DNA of 64,000 nucleotides from a virus, in the IMG/VR virus record IMGVR_UViG_3300044492_000179; one strand, 5' to 3'. The notes under the pieces are model-generated. The model saw only the letters and a list, made by a program, of their open reading frames with translations. It was not told the DNA's origin and ran no database searches. Shown here one piece after another: positions 17,822 to 26,907 of this stretch. Made by a program: the position numbers and the translations under genes. Position 1 is the first letter of the stretch. Every line of letters begins with the position of its first letter.

Positions 17822-18828
17822 GGCCGCGCCTCCAGCTTTGCGATGCGTGCCTCAAGCGCCTCGACGCGCAGCTCCAGCGGATGCCTTATGATTTCCATCG
17901 AGCTTGGGTCAGCCTTGATCTGGATTGGCTTGCTCGACCAGATGCCTCCACTGTCGCACCAGAGAACATTGTCGCCGTGCATCATGTGAACGTGGTTGTC
18001 GTCCACCTTGCTGCTTTTCGTCTCGTCGCCGCCAGCCGTGTGCAGCCAGCGCTTGTTGTCCTTGTCGTAGTGGCCGACCACAGTCTCGCCGGTCCTGAAC
18101 TCGACCTTGCTCTTTGAGGCCCTCATCTCGGTGTTGACCTCGTCTCCCTCGTGTTTGTACTGCTCACGATTTGGGGAGCGCTCCGCTTCCGCGCGCTCGT
18201 CCGCGCTCATCGCCCTGATGTCGTAACCGGCGGCGGCCCACGATCGCAGGTTCTGTTGCGGGGTTCCGCTGCTGCGGTCCTGCTTTTTCTTGACCACGTG
18301 GCGGACTGAAACGAAGCGCTCCTTCTTCTCGCTTTTGCCGGTCGCGCGCCCCTGCGCGTCACGCAGCATTTTGCCGCCCGGAGCCTGACCACTTCCATCG
18401 TCGTCGAGCGACATGATGTAGGTCGCCGCCGCACGGATCAGCGTGCCCTGCCCCTGATGGTCGTACTGGAAGCTCTCTCCCGGCTTCATGCCCATCGGGC
18501 GGTGCCTGCGGTCATCGACCCCGATCACCACCGGATGATTGCGCTGACCTCCCAAGAAGACTGCGATGCCCTCTGCGGCCTTGCCTTTGATGTTCGCCAG
18601 CAGGCTGCCGATGGCGCCCTGCGCGCCACCCTCCTGCTCGTCGCGCGGCAGCGGGATCGCGCTCATGCCGAACGACTGCATGCGCTCGACGATCTTGCGG
18701 CCCTCCTTGGCCATGCCGTCGAAACTCAGCTCCTGCATCATCGGATTGTCGTTGGCCTTGTTCATCGTCAGCCGAACGATCTGGTGCATCGTGCGCCCCG
18801 ACATCTCCAACAGACTGTTCCTGTTCAC
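17818..18828 (-). CDS. Baseplate assembly protein V / Mu gp45-like spike
   Basis: ERMQSFG, DDRRHRPMGMKPGESFQYD typical of gp45 N-terminal OB fold. Confidence 0.8.
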   Translation of the reverse strand: MNRNSLLEMSGRTMHQIVRLTMNKANDNPMMQELSFDGMAKEGRKIVERMQSFGMSAIPLPRDEQEGGAQGAIGSLLANIKGKAAEGIAVFLGGQRNHPVVIGVDDRRHRPMGMKPGESFQYDHQGQGTLIRAAATYIMSLDDDGSGQAPGGKMLRDAQGRATGKSEKKERFVSVRHVVKKKQDRSSGTPQQNLRSWAAAGYDIRAMSADERAEAERSPNREQYKHEGDEVNTEMRASKSKVEFRTGETVVGHYDKDNKRWLHTAGGDETKSSKVDDNHVHMMHGDNVLWCDSGGIWSSKPIQIKADPSSMEIIRHPLELRVEALEARIAKLEARP

Positions 18829-18835
18829 GTCGCCC

Positions 18836-20038
18836 TCACGGTAATTGGCTGTCGATCTGCCGCCGCGCGATGGCTTCGGCTCGCTGCTCGGCGCGAAAGA
18901 TCACGTCGGCTTCGCGGTAATTGTAGCGCCCGTTCATGTGCACGGGCTTGACCATCGTCATCGTCGTCGTGGTGCCGCCCTCGCTCTGCTCGTAGGTGCA
19001 GCCCGCGCAGCCCAGCACCTCGTCGTACATGATCAGCGACGGCGAGGTGACGGCATAGTATTCGCCCGCGCGCCATATCTCCTCGGACAGGTTGGCGTCC
19101 TTGAACCAGCCCTGCACCGTAATCTGCGCCTCGATGTTGGAGCCTTCGGTGAACACGAACTCCATGTCGGCGCGGCGCTGGATGCCGTGCATCTTGTCGG
19201 CCACGTCCGCCACCACCACCATGTGCCGGTCGCGGCTGGAGCTGCCGTCGCGTTCCGCCACCTGCTTGTTCTCGGTGTCGCCGTTCGCGCCGTCACCGCC
19301 CTTGTTCTGTCCGACCGAGAAGATGCGCTTGTAGATCTTGTTGTCGCGCACCACCGCGTTGGCGCGCAGGATGTTGCCACTCTCGACCAGATAGCCGCTT
19401 GTTTGCACCGGGTGCTCGCCGATCAGCAGCAACCCGCCATTGGCCATCGACCCGATGACGATGCTGCGCATCTTGGCGTAGCGGTCGATTGCCATCATCG
19501 GAGTTTCCCCCGGCAGCACCTGCAGGTTCTCGAACGGCGTCCCGTCCACGTTGCCTTTGGTGTGGATCTGAATGCCGAGATGCGCAGCCAGATCACGCGC
19601 GAGCTGCTCCACCGACTGGCCGTCGTGGCCATCCAGCTTGTCGAGCGGCACCGACGAGTCGACCAGATCGATGGTGTCGCCGCAGCCGATCAGCCGCACA
19701 CCGTGGTTGTTGGCGTCGTAGCCGACGTGGCGCTCGGTGATGTAGCCAAACACCGCCGGATAGCCGCCCAGGAACACCCGCACGATGTCGCCGGGGACGA
19801 ACTGCGCGCCCTGGATGGTGAGCGGGACCGACGACTCCTCGGTGCACTCGAACTGAAACACTGGGAAGCTCTCGGTCCACTTCTGCTCGACCCGCACCGA
19901 TGTCCAGTTGGTGTAAATCTGCCCGCGCACCTCCAGGCTTGCGATCTCCTTGGAGCCTGGGCGGCGGATGATGACTTGATCATCCGGCGCTTCCGCGTCC
20001 ACCTGCACTCCGGGAATTTCAACGACTGTGATGCCCAT
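18836..20038 (-). CDS. Baseplate hub, Mu gp44/P-like
   Basis: YTNWTSVRV, TIDLVDSS, VQGWF; position after the DNA circularisation-type genes. Confidence 0.8.
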   Translation of the reverse strand: MGITVVEIPGVQVDAEAPDDQVIIRRPGSKEIASLEVRGQIYTNWTSVRVEQKWTESFPVFQFECTEESSVPLTIQGAQFVPGDIVRVFLGGYPAVFGYITERHVGYDANNHGVRLIGCGDTIDLVDSSVPLDKLDGHDGQSVEQLARDLAAHLGIQIHTKGNVDGTPFENLQVLPGETPMMAIDRYAKMRSIVIGSMANGGLLLIGEHPVQTSGYLVESGNILRANAVVRDNKIYKRIFSVGQNKGGDGANGDTENKQVAERDGSSSRDRHMVVVADVADKMHGIQRRADMEFVFTEGSNIEAQITVQGWFKDANLSEEIWRAGEYYAVTSPSLIMYDEVLGCAGCTYEQSEGGTTTTMTMVKPVHMNGRYNYREADVIFRAEQRAEAIARRQIDSQLP

Positions 20039-20040
20039 CG

Positions 20041-20703
20041 TTACACCGCCAGCATCTTTCCCTGCCTTGGGCAGAACGCGGGATGGACGACCGAATTCTC
20101 TGCAATCAGCTCAAGGTGGCGCATCGGGTCGGCGTAGGCGCGCTGCGCCATCCGCAGCGACGGCATCACGCCCTGGTAGCTGTAGTTGATGACGCGCGGA
20201 AGCTGCCGCCCACGCACGGCGAGGTGCTGGGTAACGCTGCCGTGCAGGTTGATCATCGCCATGTAGGTCGCGGCATCGAGGTCGTCGGACGCCACCTCGA
20301 TGGTCTGCGTGAACGCGGCGTTCATCACACCGGCAATTGCATCGACCTCCTCGCGCGAGCGGAAGGTCATGTAGGCGACGATGCGGGCCTCGGTTGCCAG
20401 CGTCAGCCGCACCATGGCGAGCACGGTTTGCACTGCCTGCAGGCTGACCGGCCGCTCCGCCAGTGCCGCCTTGCGCACCCGGTCCATGGTGGTCAGCGTG
20501 GCCTTACAGTTGCGCGCGAGATCGACGCAGACGCTGAAGGCGTAGCAGAAGGTTTCCAGGTCCAGCATGTTGGGATCGACCACCATCATGCCGACCGCGC
20601 GCCGCAACGCCGTGCCCACGGTTCCGGTCAGCCGCACGGCGGCCGACAGCACCACCGGGCCGATCCGCTTGACGATCCCAACGATTTCCTCGTCGCTCAT
20701 CAT
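20041..20703 (-). CDS. Mu gpN-like protein, C-terminal part as separate ORF
   Basis: PSLRMAQRAYAD..RHLELIAENSVVHPAFCP is the C-terminal motif of Mu N-type proteins. Confidence 0.7.
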   Translation of the reverse strand: MMSDEEIVGIVKRIGPVVLSAAVRLTGTVGTALRRAVGMMVVDPNMLDLETFCYAFSVCVDLARNCKATLTTMDRVRKAALAERPVSLQAVQTVLAMVRLTLATEARIVAYMTFRSREEVDAIAGVMNAAFTQTIEVASDDLDAATYMAMINLHGSVTQHLAVRGRQLPRVINYSYQGVMPSLRMAQRAYADPMRHLELIAENSVVHPAFCPRQGKMLAV

Positions 20704-21320
20704 GGGATGAAGGTCATGAAGTTGCCCCAGGGCGTGAGGCGGTTCATCCGCGCCTCAAGACTTGCGTTCATCTCCCCGGCGCTCTTTTTCACCAGCGCAT
20801 AGCCAACCATCTTGCTGATCTGTTCGTCGGTCTTGCGCGCGGGCGGCCCGATCAGTTGATCCTCAAGCTGGAATGCGTCGTCCTCGACCTGCCCCGATGT
20901 CGAAACCTCGCGCCGGAATTCTGGGTCGCCATACTCGACGAAGTCCATCTCGACCGTGCAATAGCCGCCCTTCTCGCGCGCCTCGGTGACGGTGTAGGAC
21001 ATCACCATGACCATCTTGTCTGTCATCTCGAATGGCAGCGGAAGCCGCAGCAGGCCGGGGCCGTCCTTCTCAAGCGCGTCGATCAGCCGGTTTTTCTGGT
21101 CCCAGTAATTCGGCCCGATAAGGTAGCCCTGCACGAGAAAGCGCAGAGCTTTGTGCCCCATATCCTCGGCGTATGGCGTGTTGCGCTTCGGGTATTCGTG
21201 CACTGCCACGCGCCGCCCGCCCTGCTGCGCATCGCTCTCGACGAAGAACTGCACGTTGCGGAACGCCGCCTCCTGATAGCGCTTGCGCCACGGGTTCGGG
21301 ACCTTGTCCTTGATGCTCAT
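20700..21320 (-). CDS. DNA circularisation N-terminal domain protein (Mu gpN-like)
   Basis: AAFRNVQFFV...GGRRVAVHEYPKRNTPYAEDMG. Confidence 0.85.
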   Translation of the reverse strand: MSIKDKVPNPWRKRYQEAAFRNVQFFVESDAQQGGRRVAVHEYPKRNTPYAEDMGHKALRFLVQGYLIGPNYWDQKNRLIDALEKDGPGLLRLPLPFEMTDKMVMVMSYTVTEAREKGGYCTVEMDFVEYGDPEFRREVSTSGQVEDDAFQLEDQLIGPPARKTDEQISKMVGYALVKKSAGEMNASLEARMNRLTPWGNFMTFIP

Positions 21321-23683
21321 ATGCTCAGCGTCTCCCCGGCGTCCTCGGTGCGCTGCATCTGCTTGTGCTGTCGCACCGTCGTGCCTTGGTAGAGGTCGCC
21401 CGCCTCGTTGACCTTGGCGTCGGCCTTGGTGCCGTTGGAATTGACCGTGACGTTGACGTTGCCGTTGACCGACGGCGGCCTGATCGCACCGTTGATGCGG
21501 TTCATCTCGCGCTGCCGGGTTTTCAGTATGGTCGCCGCCCATGACGGGTCGGTGCTGTTGTAGCCGCCCTTAACCAAGTTACGCATCGTCTCTTCCGGCG
21601 TGTCGCCGTAGCGACCACCCCAGCGCTTGGCGTGGTCCTCGAAGCCCTCGGCCAAAGAGCCGTAGACCTTGTGCTTCTGACCGTCCGCGCCGATGATGAA
21701 GCCCTGCGAACCGACGCCGGTCTGCCCGAACGGGTTGGTGCCACCGGAGCGATCGAAAATGCCGCCCTTACCGCGCTGCATGTTGCCGCTCTCGTGCATT
21801 GCGATGGCAGCAGCCGTGTCAGGGTCTTTGATGCCAGCCGCGACCGCCGCCGCGCGCGCCTTCATGAATGGCGTCTGCTGACCATTCGGGGCCGTCCCAC
21901 CGCTGTTCTTGATCAGCGCCTCCCGCGCCGCCTCGGCACTGCGAATGCCAAAGTGGCCCTGATCATTGCTCTTCCACTTGTTGCCCGAGACGAGGCCCCA
22001 CTTTTCTGCGAGCTCGTCCTCCATTCCGGGGGCCAGTGATCTCCCGGTCCCGCCGCGAATTCCGCGCCCGACCTGATTGATGTCGATGGCGGCACCAATC
22101 GGATGTCCCGATGCGTTGTGAGGGCGAGAGCCAAGCGTGCCGGTGGCCGAACCCAGCGTGCCGCCAGCCCCCTCGTAGTCGTTGATGAACCCTTGGAAGT
22201 TCTGCGCGAACCGCTCATCGACCTGAAACTTCTTGCCGCTGGGGGAGGTGACGGTCGCCAGCCCGCTGCGCGCGATCGCGGTGCCAGCAGGAGCCGTGAT
22301 GCCTGCAGGGCCGCCTTGCGAGCCGCCGCCAACACCTTGGCCGTTAGGGTTGCCGGTTGTCGTACCGGGCGGCCCCGATGGCCCGGTCCCCGACGGGCCG
22401 GTGCCGCCCGTGGATGCCGCGCGGAAAGCTCGTCCAATCGGGGTGTTGTCCCCCGTGCCGCCGGGGCTGTAGGAGGCGTTGGTGAAGCCGTTTCCGCCAC
22501 CCAGGCTGCCCCTGCTGCCGCCCGAGAACTCCACCAGGGCGTCGTACACGCCGGTTTGCACGATGCGCGATGCCCCGCTGCTCTCGCCGCCGTCGTCGCC
22601 AAAGCCGCCGAACGAAATTGGACTGAAGCCACGGGCGCGGCGCGCGGCGCGCTTCTCCTGCAGCGTCGGCGGCGGCGGCGCGCTTGGGGGGAGGTCACCT
22701 GACTGAGCCTTCCAGCCAAACGGGTCCCATTTGTCCATGCCGGTGAGTCTGTTGATCCACCCGACGGCTGCTCCCATCGGATCGGAGGCTGCGCCCTTGC
22801 CGCCGTCCCCCTTGCCAGCCGTCTTGTCGATCCAATTGTCGATCCACGTCAGCCCACTGATGATCTTGTCGATGTCTTCGAGATCGCGGCCGATCATCGG
22901 CATGATGCGCACGCCGATCTTGGCCTTGAGCAAATCGAAGTTCTCGCCCATGTCGACGAGCATGCCGTTGAATTTTACGGCAGTGGCAATCTCATCGTCG
23001 GTAAACACCTTCTTCGTCTTGTACGTTTCGTAGAACTGCTCCCACGACAGCCGCGCCACGCCCGCACCCAGTTGGATCTTGTCGAAGAACCGTCTGCCCT
23101 TTTCTCCTGACGGGTCCTCCTTATCGAGCGCCCCCTTGAAGCTGAACGCCTGCTTAAGGGCATCCAGCATGTCGGTTGAATTCTTCACCCGGTTGACGAA
23201 GTCGCCTGCGCCCATCGCGTATAGCTCGCCGCGCAGCGAGCCGATCCGCATCTTGAAATCGTCCACATTGCTCTTGAAGCCAGCGAGGCCCGCCATCATG
23301 GCCTCAGGCGCCATGCCTGCCTTCTGCGCCTCGGACGTGAAAGCGCGCAGCGCCTGTTCGCTCAGCCCCAGCTCCTTGCTGGCGTACTTCATCTGGACGA
23401 TCTTGGATGAGATGTCGCCCAGCGTGCCGGTCAGCGTGCGGGCGGCAACCCCGACGCCAGCCGCGCCCAAGCCGAATGCCCCCAGCGACGGCACCGCCGA
23501 CTTCAGCTCGCTGCCGACGCCCTTGATGGTCTTGCCGAGCGCGCTGAAGCTGCTGTCGACCTGCTGAACGCCCTTGCCTGCCCGTACCGGCACCGCGCCG
23601 ATCTCACGGCCGATCGCGCGGATGTTCGCCAGCGCCTCCTCGCTGACGACGGTCGCGCGTAATCGAAGGACGTCATCGGGCAT
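21317..23683 (-). CDS. Tape measure protein with putative peptidoglycan-hydrolase domains
   Basis: Helical N-terminal half after the tail chaperone genes; C-terminal SGHPIGAAID...WGL...DQGHF (M15 peptidase-like) and HESG...NPFG...YGSLAEGFEDH (glucosaminidase/lysozyme-like). Confidence 0.75.
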   Translation of the reverse strand: MPDDVLRLRATVVSEEALANIRAIGREIGAVPVRAGKGVQQVDSSFSALGKTIKGVGSELKSAVPSLGAFGLGAAGVGVAARTLTGTLGDISSKIVQMKYASKELGLSEQALRAFTSEAQKAGMAPEAMMAGLAGFKSNVDDFKMRIGSLRGELYAMGAGDFVNRVKNSTDMLDALKQAFSFKGALDKEDPSGEKGRRFFDKIQLGAGVARLSWEQFYETYKTKKVFTDDEIATAVKFNGMLVDMGENFDLLKAKIGVRIMPMIGRDLEDIDKIISGLTWIDNWIDKTAGKGDGGKGAASDPMGAAVGWINRLTGMDKWDPFGWKAQSGDLPPSAPPPPTLQEKRAARRARGFSPISFGGFGDDGGESSGASRIVQTGVYDALVEFSGGSRGSLGGGNGFTNASYSPGGTGDNTPIGRAFRAASTGGTGPSGTGPSGPPGTTTGNPNGQGVGGGSQGGPAGITAPAGTAIARSGLATVTSPSGKKFQVDERFAQNFQGFINDYEGAGGTLGSATGTLGSRPHNASGHPIGAAIDINQVGRGIRGGTGRSLAPGMEDELAEKWGLVSGNKWKSNDQGHFGIRSAEAAREALIKNSGGTAPNGQQTPFMKARAAAVAAGIKDPDTAAAIAMHESGNMQRGKGGIFDRSGGTNPFGQTGVGSQGFIIGADGQKHKVYGSLAEGFEDHAKRWGGRYGDTPEETMRNLVKGGYNSTDPSWAATILKTRQREMNRINGAIRPPSVNGNVNVTVNSNGTKADAKVNEAGDLYQGTTVRQHKQMQRTEDAGETLSI

Positions 23684-23692
23684 GGCCGTGGC

Positions 23693-23866
23693 TCAGTGCG
23701 ATCGCGTCGTCTCTGCAATGGCGAGTAATCTGTCGGTCCACTCCATGTGCTGCTCGACCTCATCGAGCGGCATCGCGAGAAATTCCGCCGGGGAACAGGA
23801 ATAGACTCGCGCCAGCCGATAGCAGTTCAGTACTGCATCGCCTGGACGCCCGGCGGGAAAAAACCC
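23693..23866 (-). CDS. -1 frameshift extension of the tail assembly chaperone (gpGT/GpE'-like)
   Basis: -1 frame after the slippery site reads FPAGRPGDAVLNCYRLARVYSCSPAEFLAMPL and ends just before the tape measure gene. Confidence 0.75.
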   Translation of the reverse strand, partial: GFFPAGRPGDAVLNCYRLARVYSCSPAEFLAMPLDEVEQHMEWTDRLLAIAETTRSH

Positions 23867-24177
23867 ATGAGCGCATGGGCGCAGGTCGACCAGTCCTCGC
23901 TGTCGAGCGCCTTGATGGTGGAGGGCGGCACCGCCGCCAGCGTGGACATCATAGCGCCCATGACCTCTGGGTTCGGTGCAATCCTCCCGGTCTGCCAATC
24001 GATGACGATCGGATAGCCGTTGCCCATCGCCATGATGTCGCCTCCGGTCGGCCTGCGGAACACCAGCTTCTTCACCATCTCCCCGTTCGCTTGCACGGGC
24101 GTGGTCAGGTCGATGACGATCTCTTTCGGGCGCTTCAGCTCGACTACGTCCGCCGCCTTGACTGCCGCTTCCGCCAT
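23827..24177 (-). CDS. Tail assembly chaperone
   Basis: IDLTTPV....KKLVFRRPTGGDI...IKALDSEDW; between tube and tape measure. Confidence 0.85.
   Translation of the reverse strand: MAEAAVKAADVVELKRPKEIVIDLTTPVQANGEMVKKLVFRRPTGGDIMAMGNGYPIVIDWQTGRIAPNPEVMGAMMSTLAAVPPSTIKALDSEDWSTCAHALMGFFPPGVQAMQY
23857..23866 (-). other. Programmed -1 frameshift slippery sequence GGGTTTTTTC
   Basis: Zero-frame ATG GGT TTT TTC gives X XXY YYZ heptamers (G GGT TTT and T TTT TTC) near the chaperone 3' end, with an open -1 frame downstream. Confidence 0.75.
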
Positions 24178-24187
24178 TGCGTGCTCC

Positions 24188-24556
24188 CTACGACGTCAGC
24201 TCGTCGCCATCGACGCCTTCGAACCTGATCCGAAACTGGCCGTCGTGCGTGTTGATCTCGACCGGCCCTTTGACCCACGCATTGCGCAGCACGTAGGTGT
24301 GCCCATTCACCAGCTCGGCGGTGACGGTGGCATCGGTGATGCTTTCCAGGAACTCGGTGCTGACCTCGGGCAAGGTTGAGAGATCGCCCTCGATGTACGG
24401 CACGCGCGGCAGCTCCTGGTAGCCGTGCACGTAATCCTGACCGGCGATGCCGGTGCGCTCGACCTGCGTGATCGAGACGGTGAGGCTGCCCTTGAGCGGA
24501 AACATCGCTCCGTCAACCTTCAGATATGCGGTGCCGGCGATAGGTCCTTGCGGCAT
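24188..24556 (-). CDS. Tail tube protein (Mu gpM-like)
   Basis: IAGTAYLKVDG...GYQELPRVPYIEG...ATVTAELVNG. Confidence 0.85.
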   Translation of the reverse strand: MPQGPIAGTAYLKVDGAMFPLKGSLTVSITQVERTGIAGQDYVHGYQELPRVPYIEGDLSTLPEVSTEFLESITDATVTAELVNGHTYVLRNAWVKGPVEINTHDGQFRIRFEGVDGDELTS

Positions 24557-24872
24557 GCAAGCCTCCATGATTAAAGGGGCATGCATCCGTAGAGGTCTAA
24601 CTGAGAGGGGGCAGGCGAAACGCGCCTACCCTCTTTTTTATTGCGATCTTAATAGCAGCCAAGTTTTCAAATGAAAGTCGTCCAAGGTCGTGCAAATGCT
24701 TTCCGTTGGTTGGAGATACCTTTCTCCAAACTCGCCCAGGTAGTTAGTGCGACTTCCGGGTTGTAATGAAGCGTTGCGTGAGCTGTCGACCGCGATAACC
24801 CGCTCCCGCCACGATCGAATACAGCCCTGTGTAGGTCCCGACATCGATGGCGACCAGACCGGGCGCGCGCGA

Positions 24873-25502
24873 TCACTGCCACGCCTCTTGCACCCACGGC
24901 GGCTTGTGGGTCCCTCCGCAATTGATGACCGCCGAGTGCTTCGGTGGGTGAATTGTCAGGTCGCGGTAATTGCAGAAAAAATCCCGTGGCATCAGGGCTT
25001 GCAGGAACAGTGCGTTGGGATACAGAAGCTCAATGGCCTTCTGGTCGCCGTAGCGCCCCGACCGCTCAATGTACCAGTCGCGACGGTGGTCGAAGCGCGA
25101 CCAGATGAACCCGCACTGGCCGCCGCCGATCACCATGACGCTGCTACTGTATTTGCAGGCGCCGACGGCACCCTGGTTCGCCAAAATGCTGAACTCGCCA
25201 ACCGCATCCGCAAGTGGTGTAATGTCGTTGATGAGAATGTTGTCGAGATCGAGATAAACTACTTTTGATCGGCCGCGCCACTCGGGAGCGAACAAAATCA
25301 TTTTAGCCCAGCAGCTCTTGAGCCCGATCTCCTCGATGTCGATGAAGGTCACGTCATCGCAACGCTCCCTCTGGTCGGTCAGGCAGACCAGTTCATAGGG
25401 GCGCTGCATGTGGCGCGCGACCATGTTGCGCATCTTGGTGACGTGGCCAAAGTCGAAGGCGGTTCCGGTGCGGACACACGCGACAATGACATCGCCGATC
25501 AT
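24873..25502 (-). CDS. Glycosyltransferase-like protein (GT-A, DxD)
   Basis: VTKMRNMVARHM..PYELVCLTD, WAKMILF, VVYLDLD, YSSSVM, GDQ, HKP pattern of GT8-like enzymes. Confidence 0.75.
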   Translation of the reverse strand: MIGDVIVACVRTGTAFDFGHVTKMRNMVARHMQRPYELVCLTDQRERCDDVTFIDIEEIGLKSCWAKMILFAPEWRGRSKVVYLDLDNILINDITPLADAVGEFSILANQGAVGACKYSSSVMVIGGGQCGFIWSRFDHRRDWYIERSGRYGDQKAIELLYPNALFLQALMPRDFFCNYRDLTIHPPKHSAVINCGGTHKPPWVQEAWQ

Positions 25503-26203
25503 TTTTTCAGCATTGCCACGCCGTCATCGAGCGTGACCTTCTGAAAACAGCGAATTGCCGATGCTGGACAGGCATTCGCAATGTGAACGCCACGCTTGTT
25601 GAGGTGCGGGACGTAGACTTCGAAGTGGCTTGCCCAGACCTTCCAGTTCTCGTGATTCTGTGCCCGCTTCTTGTCATGCTGCTGGTTGTCTTGAAAGGAA
25701 CCGTCATAGTCGTAGCCGAACAAGATGATGCGCTTGGCCTGCTTGTGCAGGCAGATTTGCAGTGCACCGAACCCGCTGGTGCCGCCGCCATAGATCGCGC
25801 TTGGATCTTCAGACACCGCCTGACCCACCAGCCGCTTGACGAAGGTGACGTTGCGCGATGGCGGCGCAGCACCTGTCTTGGTGAGCTGGTCCTCGGGGAC
25901 AGCCCAGTAGACACGCGCCGGCACGTCGGCGAGCTTGTCGCGCCATTCGGCATAGCGCTCCATGTCGAGACCGAACCCGGCGTCCGCCCATGGGATGTCG
26001 AAGATCGACCCCTTGACCGCAAGGATGGTCGCGCCCCGCAGCCTTTCGAAGTCGAAGCCGACGAGTGAAGGCCCATCGGCGACGATCGCGACCGGCTGCT
26101 TGTCCCAGTACGGCGATCCCACCTTGCCGTAGGTATCATTCGCGTCGAAATCCGCATCTGGCGGTGCCGTGACCATGCGCCGGTTGACTCGTCCTGTCGT
26201 CAT
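25499..26203 (-). CDS. Glycosyltransferase/DUF115-like Rossmann-fold protein
   Basis: VAIVADGPSL, ILAVK, GGGTSGFGALQI, KRIILFGYD motif series seen in sugar-transfer-related phage proteins; exact activity unknown. Confidence 0.6.
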   Translation of the reverse strand: MTTGRVNRRMVTAPPDADFDANDTYGKVGSPYWDKQPVAIVADGPSLVGFDFERLRGATILAVKGSIFDIPWADAGFGLDMERYAEWRDKLADVPARVYWAVPEDQLTKTGAAPPSRNVTFVKRLVGQAVSEDPSAIYGGGTSGFGALQICLHKQAKRIILFGYDYDGSFQDNQQHDKKRAQNHENWKVWASHFEVYVPHLNKRGVHIANACPASAIRCFQKVTLDDGVAMLKK

Positions 26204-26223
26204 CGTCCGCCTCGGAGCTTTAT

Positions 26224-26802
26224 TCAGGCTGAAATCCGCTTCGAGGCGTTGCGCCGCCGGTTGAGACCTAACAGCGCGAAAGCCGCGGCAAGCAGCCCCG
26301 GCAACCCTGCACCAGCAATTGGTCCCGGAACTCCAGAGACCGACAGATTGCCGCCGTAGCCCGCAAGCGCGCCAGCATTACCCTGAATCTGCAGATAGTA
26401 GTGGCCGGCATTGAGCAACCCACTACCGTTGAGTTCCTGGCTCAAGCCATCTGCACTGATGGTCGCAAACTGGGGCCCGAACTTCAGTTCATCGCCGTTA
26501 CCGATGGTGCCATCAGGGTCAAGAAAGATCGCCGCAGCGAAATTCTGAATGCCGAAGGGGCCGGTGACGCCGCCAATGGCGAACGTGTTGGTCGCCGATG
26601 CCACGGTAACGAACGTCGGACCACCAACAAGATCAAACGTGTACTGGTCTTGAAACAACCCACCTACGAGCGGGCCATTTGGGTCGTTCGAGAACGCACC
26701 GGCAGCCGAGGTCGGATTGACTCCGAACGTGCCGATGATGGCAGCTTTGCTCGACGCCGGCATGGCCAGCACAATCGCGAACGCAAGTAAACATGCCCTC
26801 AT
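26224..26802 (-). CDS. Secreted protein with PEP-CTERM-like (VPGP) sorting signal
   Basis: Signal peptide MRACLLAFAIVLAMPASSKA; tail VPGPIAGAGLPGL + TM + RRR. Confidence 0.85.
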   Translation of the reverse strand: MRACLLAFAIVLAMPASSKAAIIGTFGVNPTSAAGAFSNDPNGPLVGGLFQDQYTFDLVGGPTFVTVASATNTFAIGGVTGPFGIQNFAAAIFLDPDGTIGNGDELKFGPQFATISADGLSQELNGSGLLNAGHYYLQIQGNAGALAGYGGNLSVSGVPGPIAGAGLPGLLAAAFALLGLNRRRNASKRISA

Positions 26803-26907
26803 GGTTGGGACTCCCTCTGTTTTTGTTGATGATCGTCTAAAGTTCTGGATGCGCCGCCCGAAAGCGGGTGCATCCAGGCTCGGCCTCGAGCAGCGCGCCG
26901 GGGTCGC

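Noticed and set aside
18845-20137. Long antisense ORFs (for example 18845-20137, 27500-28813, 59403-60653, 16038-17129)
   Set aside because: They shadow well-supported genes on the opposite strand, as expected from high-GC codon bias, and show no motifs.
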